A stretch of DNA of 64,000 nt from Lepidodermella squamata. Lineage: Eukaryota; Animalia; Gastrotricha. Below are positions 46,566 through 58,938 of this stretch, one piece after another (position 1 is the stretch's first letter; every line of letters begins with the position of its first letter). The notes beneath the pieces are model-generated. The model had not been told where the DNA came from, did not search any database, and saw nothing but the letters and a program-made list of their open reading frames with translations. The stretch spans positions 1,178,001-1,242,000 of the forward strand of contig JBLDXI010000030.1 in assembly GCA_047495785.1 (NCBI GenBank). The letters are read 5' to 3'. The position numbers and the translations under genes were made by a program.

Positions 46566-46989
46566 GCGCAGAAGGTGATTTCAGATGAGTGGCGTCGCAT
46601 ACAGAATATATAGAATATGGAGTCATCAATATTTCATAAGAGTTCATATTTTTCTGCATCTTCCATTAAGCGTTATTCTTCAGCGAGGGCGCGCAGTCTC
46701 ATCATTTCGTTCTCCGGCTGATAGGAGAATGTCAAGGGTTTTAAGCTTCAAGCTCGTCTTCTTTCCATACGCCATACTCGCAATTCTGGGCGAGGAGTAG
46801 AGCTGACCAGCCTGTCGACGCTTTGTAATTGTGTGTGCTCATGTGCGCGCACTCGAAATCTCCGGCCCGCAAATAATAGAAACTTCGGCCGACTCATGTC
46901 GAGATAACGTCACGAAAGTGTCTCCGAAGACACCCTCTCCGAAGTTAGTTTGCGGACGCACCTTAAGAAGAGTGAGGTCTCGCGTTCTC

Positions 46990-47530
46990 TCCCCAAGCCG
47001 TCAACTTGAAGCTCGCTATAGGTGGCGCTGTTTTTCCCCAGGTTCCGGTTCTGCGAATACTTGGCATTCACTTTGACCTTTGACGAAATGTTGACCTGGA
47101 AGGCCCACATAGACTATACCCTAAATTGCTATGGGCGTAATTTGTCGTGGTTCCAGACGCTCGTTCACCGGTGGCGTCGTACCGCTTACCTGGCCCTTGT
47201 CCCTTGACTATCGCAACGTTTGGCTTTGTCTACTGTCTACTTCGCGTCAGCCGCGAAAACGCAGCTACGCCGCCTTCAAGTGTTACAAAATTGCCTCCGC
47301 GCGATGCTTACTTAATGTTCGACTGTGTGCGATGTACTTAATGTACGAATCAGTGTATTAGAACAGCGTTGCCGTCTCCCCAGCTTTCCCTCGTTCCTTG
47401 AAAAAGTGCAGCGCCATTAAGCTGAGAACGTCGTACGCTTCGTTTAGCCGTTACGCGAAGACACGGAGAGTGTCCGGCTCTCTGTGTCGCCGCATCAGTA
47501 GTCGCCAGCTTTCCTTCTAAATTCAATTCG
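46990..47530 (+). mobile_element. Degraded non-LTR retrotransposon RT C-terminal remnant
   Basis: ILGIHFD / FDEMLTWKAHID and QLRRLQVLQN motifs across frameshifts. Confidence 0.65.
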
Positions 47531-49977
47531 CACCTGTCCCCGGGCCCGTTCTCTGCTGTGCAGGGTGCGATATTATCTTGGATACTGGAGCTGCCGCAGG
47601 GGAAAACTTTGTTTTGTTTTATTTGCCAAAATGACTAGTGATTTCAACCAAAAAACGAGCGAAGCGAGGAAACTGCAAATTCCTCGGCAAGGGGTCATAC
47701 GGTTTGGGGATATTTTTGAGCTAGAAACAACAGAGTCAGGCTTTCGAAAGCAGTATTAAGTCCGTTGTTACAGGGCGACGTTTCGAAGTCCCGATTCTAC
47801 TAACGCGTGGGTTCCGTAGAAAATGCCTGGTTTTAGAATCGATCTAACTGTATTTTTTTTGGTTCCTGGGCTCGGCGATTGAACAGAGATGCAGTCCTCC
47901 GATTTTTATTCGTGACTCGAAAGTGTCTGCCACTGGAAAGAAATTGCGAAAAACTGTACGCAGCGGTCACCGATTTTTTCACTATAAGCTGCTGTCCGTT
48001 GGTTCGAAGTTCGCAAGGTCCGCGAAACTAGTTAATACGCGATTGAAAAATCACTGATGAAATTTCCTAAAGCTTGAAGCCTGAAGACTTCGATGCTGTT
48101 CTAGAGGAGTATGGTCTTTTGGTTTCTAAAAATAACAAAAAAACACTGGTTAGAATGCGAGCAGAGCGAGCCGATTTTTCGGCGATTCGCCTCTGAAAAT
48201 GCAAAAGATGAGCATCTCGAAGCTCTGTTTTTTTCTAAATAGGAAGAAATTATCTAAATTTTAGGTCTCCTGCTAACTTCCTTCCGAACAGATTCCAGAT
48301 CATCGAAAATAGGCTCTAATGAGAAAGGAAACTGCTGGCTCAGGGGAAAAGAAAACAAAAGGAAAATAGCGAATCTAGAAAAACCTTCGATTTTGCGAAA
48401 GCACGAAAATTGCGAATTTTTGAATACCTCAAAAATTCCCTTAACCTGGCCGGCCTCTCAATGTCTTAAAAGTGAACGCCGATTAACTATACCCCTACCC
48501 CTTTTCTCAACGGTTTCAATAAGGAATACTTTTTTGTGTCTGCCACTGAGCGTGGCCCAGTGGTGAAAAATCGGAAGCCTGCAGAGATGATCAACAAAGT
48601 TCGAATTAGGGCAATTTCTGTCGGTTATTTCGGTTATTTCAAGCCAAATTTCTGGATGTCGGATGGAATAAGAGATATGTCTGATAAAAGAAGACAGATG
48701 TCTGATGAAAACACGATAAAGGCTATTTTTAACCCGAAAATTGGCTAAACCTGACCTTCTTTACAAGGTCTTAAAGTCCTAAAGCCGCTAATAAAACTAG
48801 CCGTATTATAATACACTAACGTTTCATCTTCGAATCAAACGTTATAAACAAGTATGGTATCATATATCAATGCTCTGATTTCTTTCGTCACCCCCAAAAG
48901 CAAAACTGCAATGAAGCGTCCGCGAAATTTCCATTCTGGTTAGGGGTTAGTTCGGGGCAATCCAGCACAATTCGTGGAGTCTTCAGTCAGAAATATACAA
49001 AGGCTCTTGCCAACGCTCAGAAATATATAGATTCCACGTCCAACAAACAAAAACTGTAGCGTCCTCAATCCTTACGGGGGTTTGCTCTTATATTCTCATA
49101 TAAACTACCTGAGTAGCAAAATCAGGCGCTTGTCAGGTCTATTCAAATTCTTGGGCCACTGCTTTCTAGCAAAATGTTGAAGAATGCATTAACTGAGCTA
49201 AGTATGCTGGCGAATTTGTCGCTTCTCGTGACGGTGGCTGTTGAGCCTATCCGAACTGTAAAACCGAAACTGTTATGGCCTGCCATCACTGGCGGTTCTG
49301 ATCTAACTAATGCAAGCGTTTATGCACTAGCTGAATATGTCAACAATGGCTCAAATGTTTTGGCCAACTTTGAGGTAGTTCCCTATCCATTGGTCTATCT
49401 AGAGGAAGACCAGGTCAATAGAAGGGCTAGACAGCTTCTGGAGTTGGATCTGCCAAAAGATACCTACCTGGCTCCTGTTATCACTGGGCCTGATGGCGAT
49501 TGTGACACTTCAGCTGGTTCATATCGCGGTATCAACATGATCATGGTAATATTTTTGACCTTTTATAATTTCAGCTCCTCCTACTTCTAGCCTACAGTAT
49601 CCATAGCCATGGGTCAGCAAAAATATATCCTATAACCAAAAATCTTTAACTTTCCAATATCATATTGGCCATACCACGGGTAAAAGAGCCTGAATGTCAC
49701 AATATTACAAAAAATAAGCTTTTCTTTACTGAAAATGTTTACTTAACTGAATTTTCTTTACTTTCAATTTGTATTATCCGTTACTAACAAATAAACGGCG
49801 CCAAAGGCTAATACTGACACATGGCCACCTTAAAAACTGGCATCATGGCTATTTACTGCGAACTTCGAAACCTCGAAACTTCGAAGTTTTCATTGAGTAG
49901 CAATTCATAGCCATGGCGCCAGAGTTAAAGGTAGATAGGTACCCTATAAGAATATTATAGTAGCCGATAGCGCCTTA

Positions 49978-50850
49978 TAGTGCGTTCACAAACTACTTCG
50001 GAGACCGACCGCTTCGGAGAGCGAAGTAGAAACTTCGGAGAGAAATAGCAAAACTTCGGTGGCCTTATCAGTGGCATTTTCTACGCGCGCGCGCGGCGTG
50101 ACGACCGAAGTTTCTATTGTTTGCGGCCGAAGTTTGGCCGCTCGCTCACACACCACGCGCGGGTATGGCTCTTACTCAGGGTCAATGCAATTTTTTTCCA
50201 TTTTACCTTAATTCTCCGAATTGTTTGCATAATGAGACGCGCCTTCTGATGAGGATAAAAAGAAGCTAAATTTCAGCGCTCAGTTCATCAGATTCGCCAT
50301 AAAAAAATATTTGCTAAAATATTCTCGCGCATTCTCATCAAAGCCAATTTTTCCATACGAGCCGCGCTATTTATAGATTTAAAAATTCGTCATAGAAACC
50401 GGACATTTTTGCAATATTAACTTCTCAGTATCTAAATGCTTCACTATTGCTATGTAATTTTTTAATGGCTAATGAAACGGATCGCATTGTCAATGAAAAT
50501 ATCACCGGAAAGACAAATTTGAGGCGCCTGGTACAGTGTGGTAAAGTGGCTGTGTGCGCGCGTGTGTGTTTGCGTGCGTGCGTAATAACTTCGGACGCGC
50601 TCAAACTTCGGTTCGGAGGCACTTCGGAGAGCAGTTTTGGGGCTCTCCGAACCGAAGTTTGTGCGCTTCCTTTGTTCGGTGCGCGCGCACCGCCTATTGT
50701 TAAAACTTCGGCCGCGCTGGCCGAAGTGCGCGCGTTTGTGAACGAAAATCTAAACTTCGGGCAGCGATTACGCAACTTCGGAGGCCTGTTACGAAACTTC
50801 GGTGGCCGAAAACTTCGGACGCCTCTCCGAAGTAGTTTGTGAACGCACTA
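49978..50850. mobile_element. Intronic MITE, 27-bp perfect TIR, TTA TSD (PIF/Harbinger-like)
   Basis: tta|tagtgcgttcacaaactacttcggaga...tctccgaagtagtttgtgaacgcacta|tta; many cttcgg/ccgaag subterminal repeats. Confidence 0.88.
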
Positions 50851-52553
50851 TTATCATGGCTTGCAAAATCACGGAATTGAAGGCAGGATATAACAGAAGA
50901 CAGTCTATAGTGAACAGTCGTACTTCAGTATCAATATCATTGCTCTAAGTACTGTAGACTGTAGCTGGACCACCGCCCCGTCGATCTTCTCGAAGATACC
51001 CTTGTCCGGTCTTGACTGCAGGCGGATCCGAAAGATCAGCCCCGTTTCGGGCTGCTTTCTGTTTCGCTGTGCCTTCCTTGTTTTGAATTTTTTCAAATTC
51101 CATTTATCCTACTGAATAAAAAACGATATTTTTTCACCGAGCAGCATTTGACGGCAGGATAAGCCCCGAAGTTACGAAAATCTACGGCTGAGTGACCCCA
51201 AAATCACAAATAAACCCTGTGTAACTCGTTTTTACCCGTTGTATGCTGTCAAAGTGAGCATCGCTAGGTGTGGCATGCCATGATATGGCTTAGAGTGAAA
51301 CTTATTTTCGAACTAGGGCGGAATTCCGACCTTGTGTACCATTTTTAATGCTAATCTCGCCGTAATAATTTATTTTTACCTCGCATTTTTTTCGTTTCAA
51401 TGCTCATCAGATTACGCAAAGCTGCGCTGGGCCTTTTATCGAATCCCGAAGGTCTAAGTTCTTCAACAATCTCTATACCACATTAGGATCAGTGAGCACG
51501 TACAAATACGCCTTACTTGAGGCAGTTCGAAGCGTTGGCAAATGGAAACGGGTCGGTATCATCTACTCTTGGTGGCTCCGTGATGTTCCAATGTTGGTTT
51601 TCGACACCTTCAGATTGCTAACAGCGAACAAAGTCGAGGTTAGTGAGACTGTTGGATCGTACTGGTTCGGTGAGTTGGAGGATGTTGATCTGCAGCCCCT
51701 GCAAAATGTCAGAGTGGTTCTCATTTTTCCATATGGAGCCTATGAATGTCAGATTTTCCTTTGCAAGGCGTATCACAATGGAATGAGGCCTCCGTTGTAT
51801 CAATTTATCGCATCGATTCCGGCATGCTTAACATGGAACCTGGGCCGGGAGGTTGCAATATCGGGGAATTGTACCCGGGAAATTATCGACATCCAGCTAT
51901 CAGCGTTGTTTGCAATCGGTATTCCGACAACACCTTTTGAGATGCCAGCAATGTCAAGCCTCGGGATGAGCCCGGATGAGTACGACGAACGGCTCAACGT
52001 TGAAATGGCACGTTTAGCGGGAACCGAAGCCATAGGAAGTTGGAGCGTTCGTTACTCGGAGCATGACTCTCAGATGTACACGCTTCTAGTTCTGAATAAA
52101 ACTGATGCGATTCTGCGGCAGGACTATAACCTCTCTCTAACCGATTTTAAAGATCCGAAGTACAGATCTCTTGTTTACAGTGTTGCCAATCGAAGCGCGG
52201 CTGAGCTTGAGGCTATTGGGTTCCGAAACACTAGGATAAAGCGAGATATCAACGACGAGATGTTTCAAGACCTATCGATAATGCAAGCCCACAACTTGAA
52301 TGCTCGAAGGGTAGCTCATCTCTCATTCAACTACGAAAGACGTGCATTTTCTTACCAACTTGATGCCTCGCCGATATGGGCAACTAAAACAGGATTCTCG
52401 CCAAAAGATCTGTCAAACATCGAATTAAGGATTGGATTTTGTGGAAAATTTTCTCACCGTTATGGTAGCTTGTTTAGCCATATCCGTGACTTTTCTTCAA
52501 ATGTTGGTCTACAGCAAGTTCGTTCGTGTTAGGAACTACCGAGCTTCATTATA

Positions 52554-53110
52554 CTCCCGTTTTGCAGGTCAAAGGTCACACGTGCACACGTGATCAAAAC
52601 GTGTGATCAAAACACTAAACTTTTAGGTTGTTGCTAGTGTGGTAGTTTCGTCATTTCGTCATTTCGTCATCTCGTCACTATGAAAAAAAAATATTCAAAA
52701 AAATGTTGTGAGCTGGAGTCGAACTATCAACCTCTGGTTTCCTGAGCTGTAGCTTGAACCACTAAACCACACAGGAGACACTTGGGACCCGTCTTAGAAT
52801 CAATTGATATAGGCCACAGTTAAAGCATACTTCAACAAGATAGATGAACACGATTTTAAGACAACTTGCTTGCTTAGTGGTTCCAGCACTAGCACTCCAA
52901 GCCAGAGGTTGATAGTTCGACTCCAGCTCATATTAATTTTTTATTTTTTCTAAGTTTTTTCGGCCTTTTGGAAGTTTTTCAAAGTGACGAATTGACGAAA
53001 TGACGAAACCACCACCAACTTAACAACAAGCAACAACCTAAAAGTTTAGTTTTTTGATCACACGTTTTGATCACGTGTGCACGTGTGACCTTTGACCTGC
53101 AAAACGGGAG
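52554..53110. mobile_element. Foldback MITE with long TIRs each containing a tRNA-like segment; TA TSD
   Basis: ta|ctcccgttttgcaggtcaaaggtcacacgtg...cacgtgtgacctttgacctgcaaaacgggag|ta; inner arms carry tagtggtt and gttcgactcc. Confidence 0.88.
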
Positions 53111-53997
53111 TATAATGTTACAATCGAGCTATCCGTTACATCAACCATCTTGAGGAGTGGAAATGCTCTTTTAGGGTGGGGCCTAGGGATTTGCCATACG
53201 ATGAGATGAAAGGCGTTGTCATTCAAAGACGCGCGTCTACACTCGTAAGTGACAGGTATACAAACGAACTCCAAATATCGCAAGCTCTCAGCGTAGCCTT
53301 GGCTACGAACGTGATCGGGCTGCTTCTCTGGATCATCAAAGAGCCAATGCAAATATCCTTCTATCGAAACCCGATAGCGTTTGACGAAGTTGCAGACACA
53401 TATTTTGAGCTCAATGTCATGCTTTGTAGTTCCGAGAATATTAGCTACTGGCTCGGGGCAGTTCTCACCTTCAATTTCGGACTTGTGCTAATTGCGAATA
53501 TGTTCTCGCTCGACCTCAGAAGTCGCACCATGCCTAATGAATTCGGTTTAAGTTGTAAGCTAATCAGAGCAGCGGCCATGAACGCACTAACTATGCTAGC
53601 TGCCAGCGCTATTGTCCTTGTCTTGGTCTCGCATTCTAACAAGCCATGCTTGTTCAACGCAGCATTAGCTTCGATCGAGCTTGTCTATTCTGGGCTGATG
53701 AGCTTCGTTATGCTGCTACCAGTTACTGTGAAAGTCGAAAGGCTAGATATAGTTGCAAGCAGTGGCTAATTTGAGTTTGCGGGGGTTGATATTATGACGA
53801 ACAATAAATAATCTTGGGCAGTGTTAGCAATTTTGTCAGACGTTTTCGCAAGAGATGAATTTTGCGCATAAAAAATGAACAATGAATCATGAATGTCTAC
53901 TTTACACACGAGTTTGTGAATCGCCCTATAAAAGGGCCATTTTTGTTATATATTATCGACATTATATAATTGTACACTTTAGATGTGACATATACAA

Positions 53998-54363
53998 GAT
54001 AGTTCACATCATTAGCGAAATTAGATGCAGAAGTTGACTCGTGACAGCATGTCTAGACCAAATACCTTTCTCAAGTTCTCCGTCCGCCCTAGTCATTTCA
54101 GTGAATTTCAATAAACAGCAATGTTGTTCAACCTAGTGTTTCTCCTGATGGGAGCACATGCCCAGCGTAGAAAGCCTCATGTGCTGAAACCGCTTGCATT
54201 TCGACCAGCCCCCGAAACCATGGACGGCCGAACTATTATGATATTGGGACATCGTTTTGCGACTCAAAAGGACAAGAAAATTGGCTCGCTGCTAACTTAG
54301 CTCTTCACGGATTTCTACTGATCCTAGGGTCTATGTTTTCGAACGAGTTTCGACGCATGTTGC
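53998..54363 (+). pseudogene. Internally deleted duplicate of the 43889 GPCR
   Basis: Matches ~43762-44001 (upstream DNA + MLFNLVFLLMG..PAPETMDGR), then jumps to ~45876-46003 (YYDIG..FCDS). Confidence 0.88.
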
Positions 54364-54944
54364 GGTAGTAAGTTTCACTCAAAAGCGAGCGAAGCGAGAC
54401 AATTTTGAAGATTTTACACAGAACCACGCTCAAAAACCTCTCAAATTAACGAAACAGTGGGATAAATTCTCGTTTTGATGTCTGGACCGGCCGAGCTGGG
54501 GTGGGATTATCCCAATGTTTTCTGCTATTCCGCGCTGTTTGAGCTGATATAAACCCTGGTCATGGCAATCACCCCCTATTTTCGATTTATTTGAGCACGG
54601 AAACAAAAGTCAAGACAATACTGAGGCGCCGAAATCCTGGCGATCCTCCACATTTTAATATTCCGTAATTACGAGAAAATTAACCAGGTTGTTGGAATTA
54701 CCGCAAAGATACGGGAACAAGCGGGCCCAGCCATTTTGACCGTTGGATTAGGTTATAGACTCAGCGGAAATTCCATCGGAGCGGAGATTCATCTCAGATT
54801 GCTAGGAGGCTCGTGCCAGCCGCAACTTGCCGAAGCCATTTCGTTGCCTTTTCTGGTTGACGGTCAATTCTTCTTGCATTAGCAACCTAGCTTAAATTAG
54901 ATTGAATGGCTTGATGCAGAATTGGCGATTCGAGATTAGAATGT

Positions 54945-57836
54945 TTAGCGTTTGAAAATCATTCGCATAGAATTGGAAACATTCGCTTTGATAACAATAA
55001 AATAAACGATTCCAGATATCGTAGCCGACTGAATCAGCATTGCCGTTGCAGCAGTCAGTGATTGAGCAACGCTGGTTTTCAGAACAAAACATATAGCAAT
55101 CGTTGCTATGAAAAGAGTTGTGCCAAAAATCAAACTTCCGCGTAGCAATTTGACCTCATGAGTAATAAGACAACCGTTCAATTTGAGAGCAGCAAAGATT
55201 CCAAGCAACAAAGTTACGGAATTCACTGCCAATATCACGCCAGTCCAAATAGAAAAGTAGTTACTCGTGCAAGAGACACTGAATTCGCTGAAATATGTAT
55301 CTGCATCTTTGTCGTAGTTTAAAAAGATAGGAACCGACGATTTCCAAACATAAGGAGAGTCAGCAATTAGCCAAATAATGGTAACCAAAAGGATTGAGAT
55401 CAGAGTGATTATTGCCGGAATGAGGAAACTTCGATGTTTTCCCCGCATGCTGTATACTATTGATCCCCGCGCGTAGAAGAGTCGCCAAGCAAGGATGCTA
55501 TTGACAATGGTAACACCGAGAGAAGTGGCCACGATTTGAAAGTCGCATGTAAAAGTTGTGAGGGAATCGATAGGAAGTGACAACCCTATAGCCGCTAAGT
55601 TCATTAGAATACATCCAATGAAAATAGCCATTTTGGACACAGGAAAACCTGTCGAGAGAAGCGTGTAGCAATTTTGACGAAAGGAAATTACCACCTACCG
55701 GACGATTGGCCTTTCGACTTCAGTATTTCATGACTTGAGAATCCGATTTGAAGGAGAGTTAAACTGATGGATAGTACTGTTATGAATATGAAAACGCCAA
55801 CTGAAACACCTTGCAAAGTATCCACATAAAACCCCGAATCTCGCGGGAAGATAATGGCTAGTGGATCAACCTGCGCAACTTGATATGAGCTGAGATTAGT
55901 GACCGAAGCGTTGTCCTGGCAGACGATATAGTGGCTAATGAAGAGGCCACGATTTCGTGAGTAGCGAGTGACAAGCTGGGCTTCGTACTCGAATTCACCC
56001 CGAGCTGAGTAGTGGAATCGGCCGTGGCGGAGGTTGCGAAAATCAACCTTATAAGCGCTTTCATTTGCTGCCAGCATTATCTAGGGCATGAAAGTAGTCA
56101 GTCATTTTCGGTTCATTATCACATTTCTTTTCATTGTGTCGCATCTGGCAAAGCTTAACTTCTTTTTCAGAGGTATTCTACAAGGTATTCTACTGTAGAA
56201 TTTGCGGTAGTAAGCGATACCGACATTCAAGCCTAGGGTAAGGTTACCTAAATCTGCATAAAAAAAATTTAATTTTTTTTAAACGCTTGTCATTCTATAA
56301 CCATGAGGTTCTCCGGGCTCAAATTTTGACTATAAATAGTTAGAACCCATTCCACGAAGCTCACAAAACGTCATGAGCCAATTCCTCACCGTTAAAGACC
56401 CATCGATGCTGAAAGTCCAAAAACAACAAACAAATCAAAATCGTGTGAGGGTGGCTTAAGTCGGCATAAAAGGTTCGTTTCTGAAAAATTGAATTTTTTA
56501 TGCAGATTTGGGTATAACCTTACCCTAAGCGAAACCTCTAAATATCGAAAACCTTCAATGCGAAAGTATCACTACTACATCCCATCAAAGGATAAAACAA
56601 ATTCTACCTCAGAGAATTCGCGAGAAATCACTTTTCACCCCCCTCTTTCTTCCTTCAAAAATACTTTCCGCGTTGGCGTTCAAATGTTGGTACTCCTCAC
56701 CTTTTCATTCTTAAAATCAAGAATTTTACCTGTCGTGGATGCGTTCGGTAGTCCCGCAGAGTAAGATTGCGATTTCTCAGCATGTTTTCCGTTTCGTTCA
56801 AAGTAATAATCGCTTGCAGAGCGCGGTCGTAGCACATGTGCCGGAAGTCGTAATCTGGCGTCCGGGTCTTGTTCGTGTACTCATCGAAAGCAGCCTCGAA
56901 TTCCTGTCGTGATTGACCTAAGGACGTCCTACCTTCAACTCTGGACAGTCCCTCGAACGGAGAACCGACAAACATTGAGCTTTCATACTGAAGTATAGCA
57001 GTTTCACGGGAGCAGCCGGGGTATATCACCTGGTTCAAACTGAGAGGGTTGATGTAAGCCAATAGCTGAAAAATGAACATGTAACGCGGGCCCGTCATTC
57101 CGAATGTGAAAGATTGACAAAGGAAGCGTAGCGCAGCATCTGTATCAACAGCGTCAAACGTGAAGATGCGAATATCAAGCGCTTTCAAACGCAGCATGAC
57201 GTCATCATTGAAATCATGGCTGGCTTCGAATGTAACAACATCGAAACCAGCTTCGACAGCAATGTTGTAAGAGATGGTGGCGGTTTCCAAATTGTAAGGG
57301 TTCGTACTTATCGGCACGAGAGCAGCGATTCTTCTCAACGACGTTTTGGTCTTTAAAAAGTGTAAGCGAGCATACAGCGGCAACTCAGCAGGGCTTCTTG
57401 TCCGCCAAAATGTCGGATATAGGTCCCGCCTAGCTGTTTGAGATGGTATCGTACAGGAGCTCGTTATTACGACTGAGTTCAAATGCGGGGCCGTCTTTCC
57501 CAAAGACACACAGCCCGGGGTGTTAAAAGGACCCATTATAACCGGGGATTGGTATATCTCGTACTGGTCACCCATAGCTCGGGCGTAACGTATCGCCTTT
57601 GATACAGCGAAAGAACTAGCAGATCCTTCGTCTTCATACATCATGTCGACGTGGTAATCGGGGAGCAAATCGCTGCGTTTGTTCACCTCGTCAACAACCA
57701 TCTGTTGCGCGGCTTTGCATAGCTGGTTGTTGCGAGGTTCGTAACCAGTGAACAAATTGAGCGAAAGAATTCTCAGTCTATATGGTTTACTGCATGATAC
57801 AGGGATAAAGGACAGCAGGCATAACAACAGCAACAT
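54945..57836 (-). CDS. Three-exon class C GPCR, GABA-B-like
   Basis: Exons 57836-56730, 56080-55699, 55648-54945 splice GT-AG in frame; LLPDY, VIMGPF..GC, RDLYPTFWRT, GMTGPRYMFI, YD; 7TM. Confidence 0.88.
56236..56525. mobile_element. Intronic MITE, ~33-bp TIR, TA flanks
   Basis: ta|gggtaaggttacctaaatctgcataaaaaa...ttttttatgcagatttgggtataaccttaccc|ta. Confidence 0.8.
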
Positions 57837-58715
57837 TTCGCGCGAAAAATAAGTGAAGTGAACCGCCGCTGTCAGGAATTTTATTCCCGTACGGCATTAG
57901 GGCGTCATATTTCATTTGCCGGAAAAGTATGACGTATGACTCACCACGACTTCCTCGACCTTTTTGCAGCCATTTCCCGAGGGCGGACCTCATTAGACAT
58001 TGGATCTTCGCGTTGCGTTTGAAAGTTTTTATTATGTTTTTACGCTGGGTTTTAGGTAATTCGACCACGCTTTATTCTTTCAAGACAATGTCGGAAAGTC
58101 ATTCGCAAATAGACTACAGCAAACAAAATGGTATACTATCGCATGAACAAGAATTTCCCTCCTGAATCACGACGCACGATTTCTGTTTTTCCATGATCAG
58201 CAGCCGAATGCAAGGGAGTAACGCCAATTTTATTGAAGGCATTAACGTCAGCATTGAATTCTCCGGCTTGAATGCTGACGATTCCCGCGTGTTAGCAGCG
58301 TGATGAACAGGAGTCACAATGCTTTATTTGCATTAGCTTTGAATTTTTTTTTTAAGCAGGCCAGTAAATTGGCCCTGAAAGGAAACGCGCCATTGTGTAG
58401 AAGGAATCAATATTCGAGAATTATCTCCCATATAAAATCAAATAGTCAAAATGTCAATGTATATCGATCTTTACAGATTCGAACCATTGAAGCTTATCGT
58501 TGTTGTTACTCTTTATCCTTTATCGCCAAAGCGCCTTTTCAATCGTTAACGCCACGTTGCTAAAACATTCGCGTTGTTATGAATATTTTGTTTTTTTCAC
58601 ACAAAATTTAAATAATCAAACTAACAATTAGGTATTTATAATTGTACAATTAATTCAAAATGCGGGATCGGTTTTCAGCTGGCAGTTCGCTAGGGAATTG
58701 CAGTCATCTAGGGTG

Positions 58716-58737
58716 CAGTTATCGAGGGAGCACTGTA
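58716..58737. mobile_element. Solo right terminus of the 16483-18324 element family
   Basis: ttatcgagggagcactg|ta is the reverse complement of the left TIR. Confidence 0.6.
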
Positions 58738-58938
58738 TCAAGCAAACTTGAGGATGTGCCTTGAGAGCTCAAAACATCTATTACGTCAAATTCAGCTTTC
58801 GAAACGTAAGAGTTAGAGTTAATTTAGTAAGCGTTAAATTTAATAAGCTATATTAAATGTGTCTGTTAGATCACGAAGCGTTTCTTCTTGCTCATTTGCG
58901 TAAATTCCAAGTCGCACACCGAAACATAAAACAGCAGA

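Larger units (their letters stand above)
49174..53769 (+). pseudogene. Class C GPCR, disrupted
   Basis: Exon to 49545, GT-AG intron 49546-51410, VFT in frame (WKRVGII, CKAYHNGM, HDS, SPKD); frameshift near 52430 just before TM1; MITE at 52554-53110; stops and an apparent deletion in TM2-3; TM4-7 at 53176-53769. Confidence 0.82.

Noticed and set aside
50425-50842. Overlapping 116-aa and 131-aa ORFs
   Set aside because: They lie inside the subterminal repeats of a MITE; no transposase motifs
52700-52930. Functional tRNA genes
   Set aside because: Only A/B-box-like pieces; no convincing acceptor or anticodon stem; part of transposon TIRs
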